This document shows, one piece after another, positions 18,128 to 26,768 of a stretch of DNA of 64,000 bases. This stretch comes from Elusimicrobiota bacterium (GTDB lineage: Bacteria; Elusimicrobiota; Elusimicrobia; FEN-1173): the NCBI GenBank assembly GCA_016722575.1, contig JADKIY010000002.1, positions 136,734 through 200,733 of the forward strand. The letters run 5' to 3'. Under the pieces are notes generated by a model. That model was not told the origin of the DNA, ran no database searches, and worked only from the letters and a program-made list of their open reading frames with translations. The translations under genes and the position numbers were made by a program. The first letter of the stretch is position 1. Each line of letters begins with the position of its first letter.

Positions 18128-19179
18128 GAAAATTGCTCCAGAAACCGCAGGTCGTTTTCGTAGAAGAGCCGGAGGTCGTCGACGCCGTATTTAAACATGG
18201 CGACGCGCTCCACGCCGATGCCGAAGGCGAACCCGGACCATTGTTCGGGGTCCAAGCCCACGCCGCGAAACACGTTGGGGTGCACCAATCCGGCGCCCAA
18301 CATTTCCACCCATCCCGTCTGTTTGCACACCCGGCATCCTTTTCCGTCGCACAAGGTGCAGGAGATGTCCACCTCGGCGCCGGGTTCGACAAACGGAAAA
18401 TACGAGGGGCGCAAACGCACTTGGACCCCGGGACCAAACACCGTTTCCGCGAACAGCCCCAACGCCCCTTTCAAATCGGCCATGGAAATGTCCCGGTCCA
18501 CCGCGAGGCCTTCGACTTGGTGGAAAACGAAGGAATGGGTGGCGTCCACGTTCTCGTGGCGGTAGACCCGTCCCGGGGCCACGATGTAGAGGGGCGGGGC
18601 GTGGGTCTTCAAGAATCGGATTTGAACCGGCGAAGTGTGGGTGCGCATCAAAAGCGGCTTCCCCGCGGCGTCCCGGAGGGCCTTCAGATAAAAGGTGTCG
18701 TGGCTGTCGCGGGCGGGGTGATCGGGCGGATGATTGAGGGCGGTGAAATTCGTGTCGTCGTCCTCGATTTCCGGACCCTCGGCCACGGAAAATCCCGAAC
18801 GTCGGAAAGCGTCGGTGATTTCATTCATGACGCGCGTGAGGGGGTGGAGGCTTCCGGACAGGAAGGCGGTTCCGGGAAGCGAAAGGTCCGGTTTGTCCCG
18901 GGTCAAGGCGGCGGACAAGGCGACATCGTCCAGCGCCTTTTTCTTTTCGGAGAGGGATTTTTCGAGCTGGTTTTTGAGTTCGTTGGCGCGACGCCCGGCG
19001 TCGCGCCGCTCGTCGGGAGAAAGGCCCGGCAAGGCCTGAAGAAGAACCGTGAGCCGGCCCGCGGCCCGCCCCAGGTATTTGAGCCGGAAGGCCTCCAGCG
19101 CCTCGGACGTGCCCAACGCCGACAGCTCGCCCAGGGCCTCGCTCTTGAGTTTTTCCAAATCCTCCACAAGCGCGGTCAT
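18124..19179 (-). CDS. pheS: Phenylalanine--tRNA ligase alpha subunit
   Basis: 351 aa with class II aaRS motifs. ATGA overlap with pheT. Confidence 0.95.
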   Translation of the reverse strand: MTALVEDLEKLKSEALGELSALGTSEALEAFRLKYLGRAAGRLTVLLQALPGLSPDERRDAGRRANELKNQLEKSLSEKKKALDDVALSAALTRDKPDLSLPGTAFLSGSLHPLTRVMNEITDAFRRSGFSVAEGPEIEDDDTNFTALNHPPDHPARDSHDTFYLKALRDAAGKPLLMRTHTSPVQIRFLKTHAPPLYIVAPGRVYRHENVDATHSFVFHQVEGLAVDRDISMADLKGALGLFAETVFGPGVQVRLRPSYFPFVEPGAEVDISCTLCDGKGCRVCKQTGWVEMLGAGLVHPNVFRGVGLDPEQWSGFAFGIGVERVAMFKYGVDDLRLFYENDLRFLEQFS

Positions 19180-19216
19180 GGGCGGTCGATCGCCGGCGGT
19201 CCGGGATCCGAGGCGG

Positions 19217-19582
19217 TTAGGCGGCTTTGGCGGAGAGGTTGTCCCGCGCGACGTCGGCCAATTGCTTGAACGACGCCGGATCGGCGGAGGCCAGATTGGC
19301 GAGCATTTTGCGGTCCAGGACCACGCCGGCCTTTTTCAGGCCCGACAGGAACCGGGAGTAGCTCAGCCCTTCTTGACGGGCGGCGGCGTTGATGCGCTGA
19401 ATCCAAACGGCGCGCAAATCGCCTTTTTTCTGTTTGCGGCCGCGATACATGTGCCGCATGGACATTTCCAAATGCTGCAGGACCATGCGCCAACGGGATT
19501 TCTTGGTGGCGTAGGCTCCTTTGGCTCGGCGGAACCATTTCTTTTTTCGTTGACGGGTGTAAACGACGCTTTTAACGCGCAT
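19217..19582 (-). CDS. rplT: 50S ribosomal protein L20
   Basis: 'MRVKSVVYTRQRKKK...WIQRINAAARQEGLSYSRFLSGLKKAGVVLDRKMLA'. Confidence 0.95.
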   Translation of the reverse strand: MRVKSVVYTRQRKKKWFRRAKGAYATKKSRWRMVLQHLEMSMRHMYRGRKQKKGDLRAVWIQRINAAARQEGLSYSRFLSGLKKAGVVLDRKMLANLASADPASFKQLADVARDNLSAKAA

Positions 19583-19772
19583 AGGGCAAGAGTGTCCTGA
19601 TGATTTTGGATTGAATTTTGTTCAACTTGTTGTCTTTGCGAAAACGGCGTCGGCGGTTGGACGACATGCCGATCAGCAAATGCCGGCGTCCCTGCGTCTG
19701 GTGCATGACGAGGCCGTTGGCCGTCACCCGGAACCGCTTTTTCGAACCGCTGTGGCTTTTGATTTTGGGCAT
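19572..19772 (-). CDS. rpmI: 50S ribosomal protein L35
   Basis: 'MPKIKSHSGSKKRFRVTANGLVMHQTQGRRH'. Confidence 0.95.
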   Translation of the reverse strand: MPKIKSHSGSKKRFRVTANGLVMHQTQGRRHLLIGMSSNRRRRFRKDNKLNKIQSKIIRTLLPYAR

Positions 19773-19780
19773 GATCCGTC

Positions 19781-20299
19781 CTATTTTTTCTGGGGCGCCA
19801 GCATGAGGATCATTCGATTCCCCATCATCATGGGGTTCGACTCCACCGTGGCCAGCTCGCCCAAATGCTCCTTGAGGCGTTCGATGATCCGCTGCCCGAG
19901 ATCCTTGTGTTCCATTTCCCGGCCGCGAAACATCACCGTGATTCGAACTTTGTCACGGTCTTCCAAAAATTTCTGCACCGCCTTCAGCTTGGTCACGAAA
20001 TCGTGCTCCCCGATCTGCGGACGGAAGCGGATTTCCTTGACGTGGCCGCCCTTCTGGTGCTTGCGGGCTTCCTTCTTCTGTTTTTCCTTCTCGTAGCGGT
20101 ATTTCGAGAAGTCCACCACCTTGCAAACGGGCGGTTGCGCCTGGGGCGCGACTTCCACCAAATCTTTGCCGCGATCTTGGGAGATACGAATCGCTTCTTC
20201 GAGGGTCTTGACGCCGAGCTGGGTGCCGTCTTCGTCAATCAGCCGAACCTGTTGAGCGCGTATCTGGTTGTTGATCCGGGGCTCGCCGGATTTGACCAT
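19781..20299 (-). CDS. infC: Translation initiation factor IF-3
   Basis: 'PRINNQIRAQQVRLIDEDGTQLGV...VDFSKYRYEKEKQKK...VKEIRFRPQIGEHDF...MFRGREMEHKDLG'. Start uncertain: internal ATG at 20299 is chosen, the track TTG is at 20341, and IF-3 genes often use atypical starts. Confidence 0.85.
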   Translation of the reverse strand: MVKSGEPRINNQIRAQQVRLIDEDGTQLGVKTLEEAIRISQDRGKDLVEVAPQAQPPVCKVVDFSKYRYEKEKQKKEARKHQKGGHVKEIRFRPQIGEHDFVTKLKAVQKFLEDRDKVRITVMFRGREMEHKDLGQRIIERLKEHLGELATVESNPMMMGNRMILMLAPQKK

Positions 20300-20392
20300 G
20301 GGTCGTGAAAACGGACGCGGGTAGATGCTCTTAACCTCCAAACCCGTGGGCGATGAAAACCATCGTGTTCGCCGGGGGCCTATTTAAAATAC

Positions 20393-20422
20393 GAAAAAAA
20401 ACAGAGGAGGGGTCCCTCCTCC
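20393..20422 (-). terminator. Rho-independent terminator (GAGGAGGG..CCCUCCUC hairpin plus U8) downstream of the YfgM-like gene, before infC
   Basis: Minus-strand RNA 5'-GAGGAGGGACCCCUCCUCUGUUUUUUUUCG-3'. Confidence 0.5.
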
Positions 20423-20478
20423 GTTCGTCGAAGCGGTTTGATTTTAACAGAACGATTTCCCGGTGTCAAGCGCGGAGG

Positions 20479-21183
20479 TCACGGCCGGACCGCCGCCGGG
20501 GCGGGAGCGGCGCTCGGCGAATGGGACCGCGCCTCCGCCAACGACGCCTGGGCGTCGGCCACCCAAACGGATTTGGGATAGAGAGTCACCAGTTTTTCAA
20601 ACGCGCGCTGGGCGTCGGCCCAACGACCGGCCGCCATCTCGGCCCGTCCCAAATCCATATACGCGCGGGGGGCGAGGAAATGCTCCGGATACTCCTTCAA
20701 AAACCGTTGATACAGCCCGGCCGCTTCGGCCCACTTTTCAAGTCCCGCCGCGCAGAACGCTTGGCCGGAAAGGAACAAGGCGCGGTAGGCCGGCTCGGTG
20801 GCTTGGGCCAGCGCTTCCCCGTAAACGGCTTCGGCTTCTTTCATTTTGTTGTCGGCCAGCAGCAGTTCGCCCTTCATCACGAAGGCTTGCATGGCGGCCG
20901 CGCTCGAGCGGTTGGTTGCCAAAACGGCGTCCAACGTTTGAAGGGCTTCCTTCACCTTCCGGGCGCCGGCCTGGTTCCGCGCCACGGACAATTGATCCGC
21001 CGCCCGTTCCGCCAGCCGCTCGCGGTTCAGCAAAATAAAGAACGTCAGAACCCCGCCGATCAGGCCCACCCCCGCCGCCAAGGCCAATTGCGCCCAGTGC
21101 CGCCGGACCCAGCGGGCCGCCGGGGATTCCTCCGAACGGGGGCCGTTCGGGCGATAGGTCGGGAACGTCGTCGTCATCGTCAT
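20479..21183 (-). CDS. Membrane-anchored TPR-like protein (YfgM-like: N-terminal TM helix plus TPR-like periplasmic domain)
   Basis: 234 aa, 'WAQLALAAGVGLIGGVLTFFILL' TM segment followed by Ala-rich TPR-like helices. Confidence 0.6.
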   Translation of the reverse strand: MTMTTTFPTYRPNGPRSEESPAARWVRRHWAQLALAAGVGLIGGVLTFFILLNRERLAERAADQLSVARNQAGARKVKEALQTLDAVLATNRSSAAAMQAFVMKGELLLADNKMKEAEAVYGEALAQATEPAYRALFLSGQAFCAAGLEKWAEAAGLYQRFLKEYPEHFLAPRAYMDLGRAEMAAGRWADAQRAFEKLVTLYPKSVWVADAQASLAEARSHSPSAAPAPAAVRP

Positions 21184-21211
21184 CCTCTTTTCTTTGTCCG
21201 CGCAACCTCCA

Positions 21212-21285
21212 CGCCCCCGGGCGGAGTTGAACCACCAACCTTCTCCTTAGGACGGAGCCGCTCTATCCAGTTGAGCTACGGGGGC
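21212..21285 (-). tRNA. tRNA-Arg (anticodon CCU); no encoded CCA
   Basis: Reverse complement 'GCCCCCGTAGCTCAACTGGATAGAGCGGCTCCGTCCTAAGGAGAAGGTTGGTGGTTCAACTCCGCCCGGGGGCG'. Cloverleaf with 7-bp acceptor, GTTCAAC T-loop and anticodon loop GTCCTAA (one G.A at pair 27-43). Confidence 0.8.
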
Positions 21286-21306
21286 TCGGAGGTGGAGCGT
21301 GAAGGG

Positions 21307-21843
21307 TTAAAAGCGAATCAGCGCGGTCACGTCCAACGCCGGAAGCTTTGAACGCCCGCTGAGAAACTCCAATTCGATCACGAAGGCCAGCCCCACGGCG
21401 TCGCCGCGGGCCTTCTGGACGAGCCGCACGACGGCTTCGGCGGTGCCGCCGGTCGCGAGCACGTCGTCGACAACCAACACCCGATCGCCCGGCGCGAGGG
21501 CGTCGACGTGCATTTCGAGCGTGTCCGTGCCGTATTCCAGGGCGTAGGTCGTGGAAATCGTCTCGAAGGGGAGTTTCCCCTTTTTTCGGACGGGGATCAC
21601 GCCCACGCCCAACGCCTGCGCCACGGCCGAACCGAAAATGAACCCCCGGGACTCGATGGCGACCACTTTGTTCGCCCGAAGACGGCGGCCGGCGTCGGCC
21701 AGCAAGGCGATGGTCATTAAAAACGCGGGACCGTCGGACAAGAGCGGCGTGATGTCTTTAAACACGATGCCCTTTTTCGGAAAATCCGGAATGTCCCGAA
21801 TAAACCGCTTTAAATCCGTGGCCGGAGCGGTGGACAGCGCCAT
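21307..21843 (-). CDS. apt: Adenine phosphoribosyltransferase
   Basis: 178 aa, 'VLVVDDVLATGGTAEA' PRPP-binding motif. Confidence 0.9.
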   Translation of the reverse strand: MALSTAPATDLKRFIRDIPDFPKKGIVFKDITPLLSDGPAFLMTIALLADAGRRLRANKVVAIESRGFIFGSAVAQALGVGVIPVRKKGKLPFETISTTYALEYGTDTLEMHVDALAPGDRVLVVDDVLATGGTAEAVVRLVQKARGDAVGLAFVIELEFLSGRSKLPALDVTALIRF

Positions 21844-21844
21844 G

Positions 21845-22675
21845 TCAAATCAACCCCATTCGCTGCGCCACGCGTCGAAGGCGCGCCAACCCGCGCTCCT
21901 CCAGCTGGCGAACCCGTTCCCGGGAAAGGCGAAGCTTTTTCCCCACCTCTTCCAAGGTCATCGGATCGCGGCCGGTCAATCCGAAGCGCATGTCCAAAAT
22001 GCTTTTCTCCCGGGGCCCGATTTGGATGAGGGCGTGGGCCAGGTCGTCCCGAACGCGGAGCAGGGAAAAAATCTCGTCCGGCCCTTGGTCCGAGCGATCG
22101 GACACGATGTCCCGAATGAAAAGATTTTCGTCTTCGTCCAAGGGGGTGTCGAGACTGCCGACCGATTTGGCCGCCTCGTGGGCGTCGATGATGCTTTTGA
22201 TCTGCCGGGCGGACAAATTCAACTTCTTGCCCATTTCCTGCAGGGTCGGGTTGCGGCCCAGGCTGATGGACATCCGGTCCCACTCCCGCAGCCATTTTCG
22301 AAGGGCCTCGAGGGCGTGCGGCGGGATGCGAATGGTTTTGGACTGTTCGTCGTAGGCGCGACGGACGGCCTGTTCGATCCAATAGGCCGCGTACGTCGAA
22401 AACCGGAAACCGCGTTTGGGATCGAATTTATCCACCGCGTGCATCAGACCCAAATTCCCCTCCTCGATTAAATCGAGAAAGTCCACGCCGGGGCGGTAAT
22501 ATTTTTTTGCGATCGGTATGACGAGCCGGAGATTGGTTTCGACGATGCGTCGTTTGGCCTTTTTGTCGCCCCGCTTCGCCGCGCGCCAGAGGGCGGACAC
22601 ATCGTCTTTGGAAACATCCTGAAGGCGCTTTACGCCGTGAAAATAGAGGGTTACCGCGTCCAAGCTTTCTCTCAT
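21845..22675 (-). CDS. RNA polymerase sigma-70 family factor (regions 1.2-4; RpoS/RpoD-like group 2/3 size)
   Basis: 276 aa, '[16 protein letters not shown]', '[54 protein letters not shown]', and region 4 '[28 protein letters not shown]'. Confidence 0.85.
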   Translation of the reverse strand: MRESLDAVTLYFHGVKRLQDVSKDDVSALWRAAKRGDKKAKRRIVETNLRLVIPIAKKYYRPGVDFLDLIEEGNLGLMHAVDKFDPKRGFRFSTYAAYWIEQAVRRAYDEQSKTIRIPPHALEALRKWLREWDRMSISLGRNPTLQEMGKKLNLSARQIKSIIDAHEAAKSVGSLDTPLDEDENLFIRDIVSDRSDQGPDEIFSLLRVRDDLAHALIQIGPREKSILDMRFGLTGRDPMTLEEVGKKLRLSRERVRQLEERGLARLRRVAQRMGLI

Positions 22676-22690
22676 GATCCTCCCGCCGAG

Positions 22691-22966
22691 TCAACCCGCG
22701 ATGTCAAAACCGTGATCCCGCGCCCCGCCGGCCGAACACCGAACGGCGTCGACCCGCTCCACCCGCGCCCAGGGGTGCGCGGTTTGAAGGCGCGCCAGCA
22801 ATCCATCGAGCGACGCCGGGGGCCCCTCGGCTTCCGCCAAAACGCTGCCGTCGGGCTCGTTGCGCACCCAACCGAGAATCCCGCGTTCCGAGGCTTCCCG
22901 CTGGCAAAAAGCGCGAAACCCCACGCCCTGCACGCGCCCAAAAAACCGCCAACGCACACGTTCCAC
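22691..22966 (-). CDS. acyP: Acylphosphatase
   Basis: 91 aa, 'GRVQGVGFRAF...GWVRNEPDGSV'. Confidence 0.85.
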   Translation of the reverse strand: MERVRWRFFGRVQGVGFRAFCQREASERGILGWVRNEPDGSVLAEAEGPPASLDGLLARLQTAHPWARVERVDAVRCSAGGARDHGFDIAG

Positions 22967-22994
22967 GATGCCGCCTTTCGGCTTCTCCCGGATC

Positions 22995-23067
22995 TCGGGG
23001 TGCAGGGACTTGAACCCTGGACCTCTTGGTCCCGAACCAAGCGCGCTACCAGCTGCGCTACACCCCG
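22995..23067 (-). tRNA. tRNA-Pro (anticodon CGG); no encoded CCA
   Basis: Reverse complement 'CGGGGTGTAGCGCAGCTGGTAGCGCGCTTGGTTCGGGACCAAGAGGTCCAGGGTTCAAGTCCCTGCACCCCGA'. Clean cloverleaf; anticodon loop TTCGGGA. Confidence 0.85.
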
Positions 23068-23083
23068 GGATCCGGCAGTGCCG

Positions 23084-23920
23084 TTAGGAGCCTTCCCAAA
23101 CCGGTTCAAAACAATACCATTGCTCGGCGTGTTGGGCCAGGTATTTTCCCAATACTTGGGCCATCTTGTCCAATAGAATTTGCACCGCGGCGTGGCCCTT
23201 GCCGGTGGGCCAGATGGGATCTTCCACCACCACCCGGTAACGCCCGGGGCCTTCCATCAAAACGAACCCCGGCACGAGGGGCGCGCCCGATCGCGCGGCG
23301 AACAAAAAGGGCCCCCGGGGAAGCCGGGCGGGACGTCCGCAGAGGCTCACGATTTCCCCCGCTTCGCCGAACGGGCGATCGGCCAATATCGCCACGGATT
23401 CGCGCCGCTCCAAAACCCGCGCCACGCCCAGGGCCGCGCCTTTTCCAACGGCCAAATAATTCAAACCCGGCGCCCGCCGTTCTTGAATGTATTTTTGCAT
23501 GGCCTTGGACGTGTAGGGTTGATACACCGCCGTCACCGGCCAACCCCAACCGGCGAGCACCCGCCCGCCGAGTTCCCAGTTTCCCAAATGCGACGTCAGG
23601 AAAATCGTCCCGTGGCCGTGTCGGCGCGCCTCTTCGGCCTTCTCGCGGCCCTCCACGCGGATATTCACCGGCGGATGAGCCAGAAAATCCGAAAGGGTCA
23701 TGCCGAAATTCTCAAACACCCGCTCCACGCGATAGCGGGTTCCGGCCCAGGCGTTGATCACCGCCAGGTTTTTTTCCACGGCGACCCGTTTGTCCGGAAA
23801 CAGCCGGCTCACCCCCCGCCCGATGGCGGAAGCGCAAGCGTAGCGGGGTCCGTCGGGAAGTTGGCGCACCGTCCGGCTGGCGCCGGCCAATCCCAGGGCC
23901 CACAGGGGTTCCCAGTTCAT
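23084..23920 (-). CDS. lpxL: Lipid A biosynthesis late acyltransferase (LpxL/HtrB lysophospholipid-acyltransferase family)
   Basis: 278 aa from ATG 'MNWEPLW...' overlapping the GT28 stop (ATGA). 'HLGNWELGG' HX4D-type acyltransferase motif. The 5' 270 codons of the track ORF are unsupported. Confidence 0.75.
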   Translation of the reverse strand: MNWEPLWALGLAGASRTVRQLPDGPRYACASAIGRGVSRLFPDKRVAVEKNLAVINAWAGTRYRVERVFENFGMTLSDFLAHPPVNIRVEGREKAEEARRHGHGTIFLTSHLGNWELGGRVLAGWGWPVTAVYQPYTSKAMQKYIQERRAPGLNYLAVGKGAALGVARVLERRESVAILADRPFGEAGEIVSLCGRPARLPRGPFLFAARSGAPLVPGFVLMEGPGRYRVVVEDPIWPTGKGHAAVQILLDKMAQVLGKYLAQHAEQWYCFEPVWEGS

Positions 23921-25050
23921 CGCGGACCGCGTTCCATCAGAGCGCGGATCGCCTCGGCGGCGTCGTACGCCGCCCGGGGACGGGCCAGCGGCCGGCCGTT
24001 TTCCCGAAGGCGGTCCAATCGTTGGCGGTTGGACAAAAGTTGTTGGGCCAGACGGGTCAGGTCCTCCAAGGTGTCGGCGCGCTCCGCCGCCCCGTACCGC
24101 AGCAGGTGCTCGGCGTTTCGTTCTTCCTGGCCGGGGATGGGCTGAATGATGATCATGGGCAGGCCCTTGGCCAAGGACTCCGCCGTGGTCAAACCGCCGG
24201 ATTTTGAAATCAGCAAATCCGCCGCGTCCATGAGACGATGAATCGTCCGGATTTGACCCATGACGCGAACGGAGCGGTCTTCGGCAAAGCGCCGATGCAT
24301 CTTGCCGAGCAGCCGTCGATTGGAACCGCAAACGGCGATCACCTGGGGGGCCGCCGGCAGGCGTCGCAAGGAACTCACCACGTCTTCCATGGGACCCAAC
24401 CCGTAATTGCCTCCCATCACCAGGACCGTCGAACGCTGGGGGGCCAAGCCCAGGGCCATTCGTTCGGCCCGCTTGTCGCCCGGAAGGCCGAAATGGGGGT
24501 CGATGGGGATGCCCGTCACGCGAATCCGGGCTTCGGGGACGCCCACCCGGGTCATTTTTCGCCGCACTTCCTCGCTGGGCACCAGATAGAGATCGACCTG
24601 CGGGGAAATCCAATAATTGTGAACGCCGAAATCGGTCAAAACGCCGACCAAGGGCAGTTTGATTTTCCCGCGCTCCTTGAGCGCCGCCAGGAGCCCCACG
24701 GGAACGGCCTGGGTGCACACCAAGCATCGGGGGCGGAACCCCCGGAGGACCTCGACGATCCGTCCCGTGTTGAACACGTTCAGAAGTTCGCGAAGGTCCC
24801 GGGTGGCTTTTTCAATGTGGGGATTGTCGTAAAGGAAATCCCACAATTGGGGCGCGAATTTCAAGACCTGCAAATAGAGTTTTGAAACGATTTTCCCCAG
24901 GACGGGGTTGGCGTAGCTGATGGAATTGACCCCCTCGCATTCAATCGCAGGGTGGCCGTGGCGAAGAACCGACATGACGGCTTCGGCCGCGCGCCGGTGC
25001 CCGCTGGCGGGCGAGATGTAACAGAAGAGGACACGCTTGGGAATCGACAA
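23917..25050 (-). CDS. GT28-family diacylglycerol glycosyltransferase (MGDG synthase/UgtP-like)
   Basis: 377 aa, 'VLFCYISPASGHRRAAEAV' N-terminal MGDG-synthase motif and a C-terminal GT-B domain ('LISKSGGLTTAESLAKGLPMII'). Confidence 0.75.
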   Translation of the reverse strand: MSIPKRVLFCYISPASGHRRAAEAVMSVLRHGHPAIECEGVNSISYANPVLGKIVSKLYLQVLKFAPQLWDFLYDNPHIEKATRDLRELLNVFNTGRIVEVLRGFRPRCLVCTQAVPVGLLAALKERGKIKLPLVGVLTDFGVHNYWISPQVDLYLVPSEEVRRKMTRVGVPEARIRVTGIPIDPHFGLPGDKRAERMALGLAPQRSTVLVMGGNYGLGPMEDVVSSLRRLPAAPQVIAVCGSNRRLLGKMHRRFAEDRSVRVMGQIRTIHRLMDAADLLISKSGGLTTAESLAKGLPMIIIQPIPGQEERNAEHLLRYGAAERADTLEDLTRLAQQLLSNRQRLDRLRENGRPLARPRAAYDAAEAIRALMERGPR

Positions 25051-25145
25051 GGGTGGACGGCGTTCTAAGCTCGGATTGGCGCTTTCAAAAGGAAAGAACG
25101 CCCACAGCGATCATCGGTCGTCCTTCCGGAACCTTTAAAAAAATA

Positions 25146-25217
25146 TCGGGGCGGTGGGGATTGAACCCACGACCTCTCGCACCCCAAGCGAGTGCGCTAC
25201 CACTACGCTACGCCCCG
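25146..25217 (-). tRNA. tRNA-Pro (anticodon GGG); no encoded CCA
   Basis: Reverse complement 'CGGGGCGTAGCGTAGTGGTAGCGCACTCGCTTGGGGTGCGAGAGGTCGTGGGTTCAATCCCCACCGCCCCGA'. Anticodon loop TTGGGGT. Confidence 0.85.
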
Positions 25218-25248
25218 AAAATTTATATGGCCATTCGCCCGCGCGGGC

Positions 25249-25635
25249 TTAGGACTTTGAATCCACCGAAAGAGGCCTTTTCAACTCGCTCAACAGTTCG
25301 GCCATGTCGCGCTTCAGTTCCTTCAAAACTTCAACGGCGGCGGAAGTTTCCTTAAAAGCCAGGGGGATCTGCTCGGCGCCGCGCCGGTTTTGGGCGCGAA
25401 GTTCTTTCTTCGCCCCCTCGAGCGTCAACCGTCGGTCTTCCACCAATTCCCGAATGCGCCCAATGGTTTCGACGTCCCGTCGGCCGAACCGCCGATGGCC
25501 CGTGCCCCGACGCGCCGGCCGGACCAGGCCGAAAGCGCGTTCCCAATAACGCAGAACATGGGGTTTGACGCCGGAGAGGCGCGACACTTCGCCGATGGAA
25601 AAATATTCCTTGTCCGGCGGTATCGTCAACAACAT
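25249..25635 (-). CDS. MerR-family transcriptional regulator
   Basis: 'YFSIGEVSRLSGVKPHVLRYWERAFGLVRPARRGTGHRRF' HTH plus C-terminal coiled coil. Confidence 0.85.
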   Translation of the reverse strand: MLLTIPPDKEYFSIGEVSRLSGVKPHVLRYWERAFGLVRPARRGTGHRRFGRRDVETIGRIRELVEDRRLTLEGAKKELRAQNRRGAEQIPLAFKETSAAVEVLKELKRDMAELLSELKRPLSVDSKS

Positions 25636-25751
25636 TGTTGTAATTAAACCAAAATCGGGAAGTCATTACAACGCGTTTTTTCGGGCCCGGCCAACGAATC
25701 GACGAGGGGGCCCCGACCGCCCGACGAAAACAAGGCGGGCGCCTCGTCCCG

Positions 25752-26495
25752 TTACGAAAGGGCGGACGAGCCGGCGCCTCGCCGGACCAAATACGCCTTT
25801 CGGCGGGCCGTCGCCAGACGTTCAATGGCGTAACGAAGGGCCGTTCGGGGCATTTGAGGACCGTGCCGGTCCAGAAAATCCGTCAGGCACCTTTCCGAAC
25901 AACGCTTTCCCACCTCCCGCAACATCCACCCCACGGCCTTGTGAATTAAATCGTGCTTGTCCGAGAGCAAACGTTCGGCGATGCGGATCGCCGGCCGGGG
26001 ATCGCCCTTTTTTGTGAAATGAAAAGTCGCGATCATGGCCACCCGGCGGGTCCACAAATGCTTGGACCGGGCCAACCGGTCCAGAAGCGCCGAGGATTTC
26101 CCCTCCAACGCCTCGCCGACCAACGTCGCCGCGGAACTATCCACCAGGTCCCAATTATTGACCCGGCGCAGGCGACGAAGATAGAACCGATGAAGGCGGA
26201 ACCGCTCGCGCGGAAGGGCTTTATGAAATTGAATCAACAGGACGAACAGGGCCGTCAATCGTTCTTCGTGCACGGGGCTTTTTAAAAGTTCGGCGATCGA
26301 GGCCCGCGGCAGGGCGCCATGGGCTTTGGCGATGCGGCGCTGTTCCGGCACCGGGACGCCCAAAAAACGGTCGCCGGCGCCGTAGTCCCCCGGCCCCGTT
26401 TTGAAGAAGCTCGACAGGATAGGTATTTTTTCGGCCCGCGCGGCGCGCCGCAGGGCCCGCCGCAGGTCGGACGCCCCCGGAACGGGGACGGTCAT
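25752..26495 (-). CDS. DNA alkylation repair enzyme (AlkD-like HEAT-like repeat glycosylase family)
   Basis: 247 aa, 'FFKTGPGDYGAGDRFLGVPVPEQRRIAK...WDLVDSSA' family pattern. Confidence 0.75.
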   Translation of the reverse strand: MTVPVPGASDLRRALRRAARAEKIPILSSFFKTGPGDYGAGDRFLGVPVPEQRRIAKAHGALPRASIAELLKSPVHEERLTALFVLLIQFHKALPRERFRLHRFYLRRLRRVNNWDLVDSSAATLVGEALEGKSSALLDRLARSKHLWTRRVAMIATFHFTKKGDPRPAIRIAERLLSDKHDLIHKAVGWMLREVGKRCSERCLTDFLDRHGPQMPRTALRYAIERLATARRKAYLVRRGAGSSALS

Positions 26496-26496
26496 T

Positions 26497-26754
26497 TCAG
26501 AGCAAATCCTTGGCCATCTTGAATTTCACCCGCCGTCGCGGCGGGATCAACACCGGCTCCCCGGTGCGGGGATTGCGGGCGGGTTTGCTTTTTCGCATCA
26601 CCACGTGAAAACTTCCAAATCCTTGGACGACCACCTTGTCGCCGTCGCGCAGCGCCTTGCGCATCGCCTCAAACAGCTGGGTCACCGCGGCCTTCGCTTC
26701 CAATTGCGTGCCCACCACGTTGGACACCACCGCCGCCAAATCCGCTTTATTCAT
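26497..26754 (-). CDS. hup: HU-family nucleoid DNA-binding protein
   Basis: 'MNKADLAAVVS...GFGSFHVVMRKSKPARNPRTGEPVLIPPRRRVKFKMAKDL'. Confidence 0.9.
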   Translation of the reverse strand: MNKADLAAVVSNVVGTQLEAKAAVTQLFEAMRKALRDGDKVVVQGFGSFHVVMRKSKPARNPRTGEPVLIPPRRRVKFKMAKDLL

Positions 26755-26768
26755 ACCGCCGTCGCCTC

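Noticed and set aside
20342-20478. Possible regulatory leader, such as an IF-3 autoregulatory structure or T-box, upstream of infC
   Set aside because: Only a terminator-like hairpin plus a U-run belonging to the upstream gene could be supported. No T-box specifier or antiterminator motifs are visible.
23084-24727. Long 547-aa track ORF for the acyltransferase (and similar 5' over-extensions for gpsA, der, ABC ATPase, ABC-2 permease, mltA and the 14943 lipoprotein)
   Set aside because: The N-terminal extensions overlap the upstream gene and are low-complexity. Homology-supported starts coincide with ATGA/GTGA overlaps, so the shorter coordinates were used.
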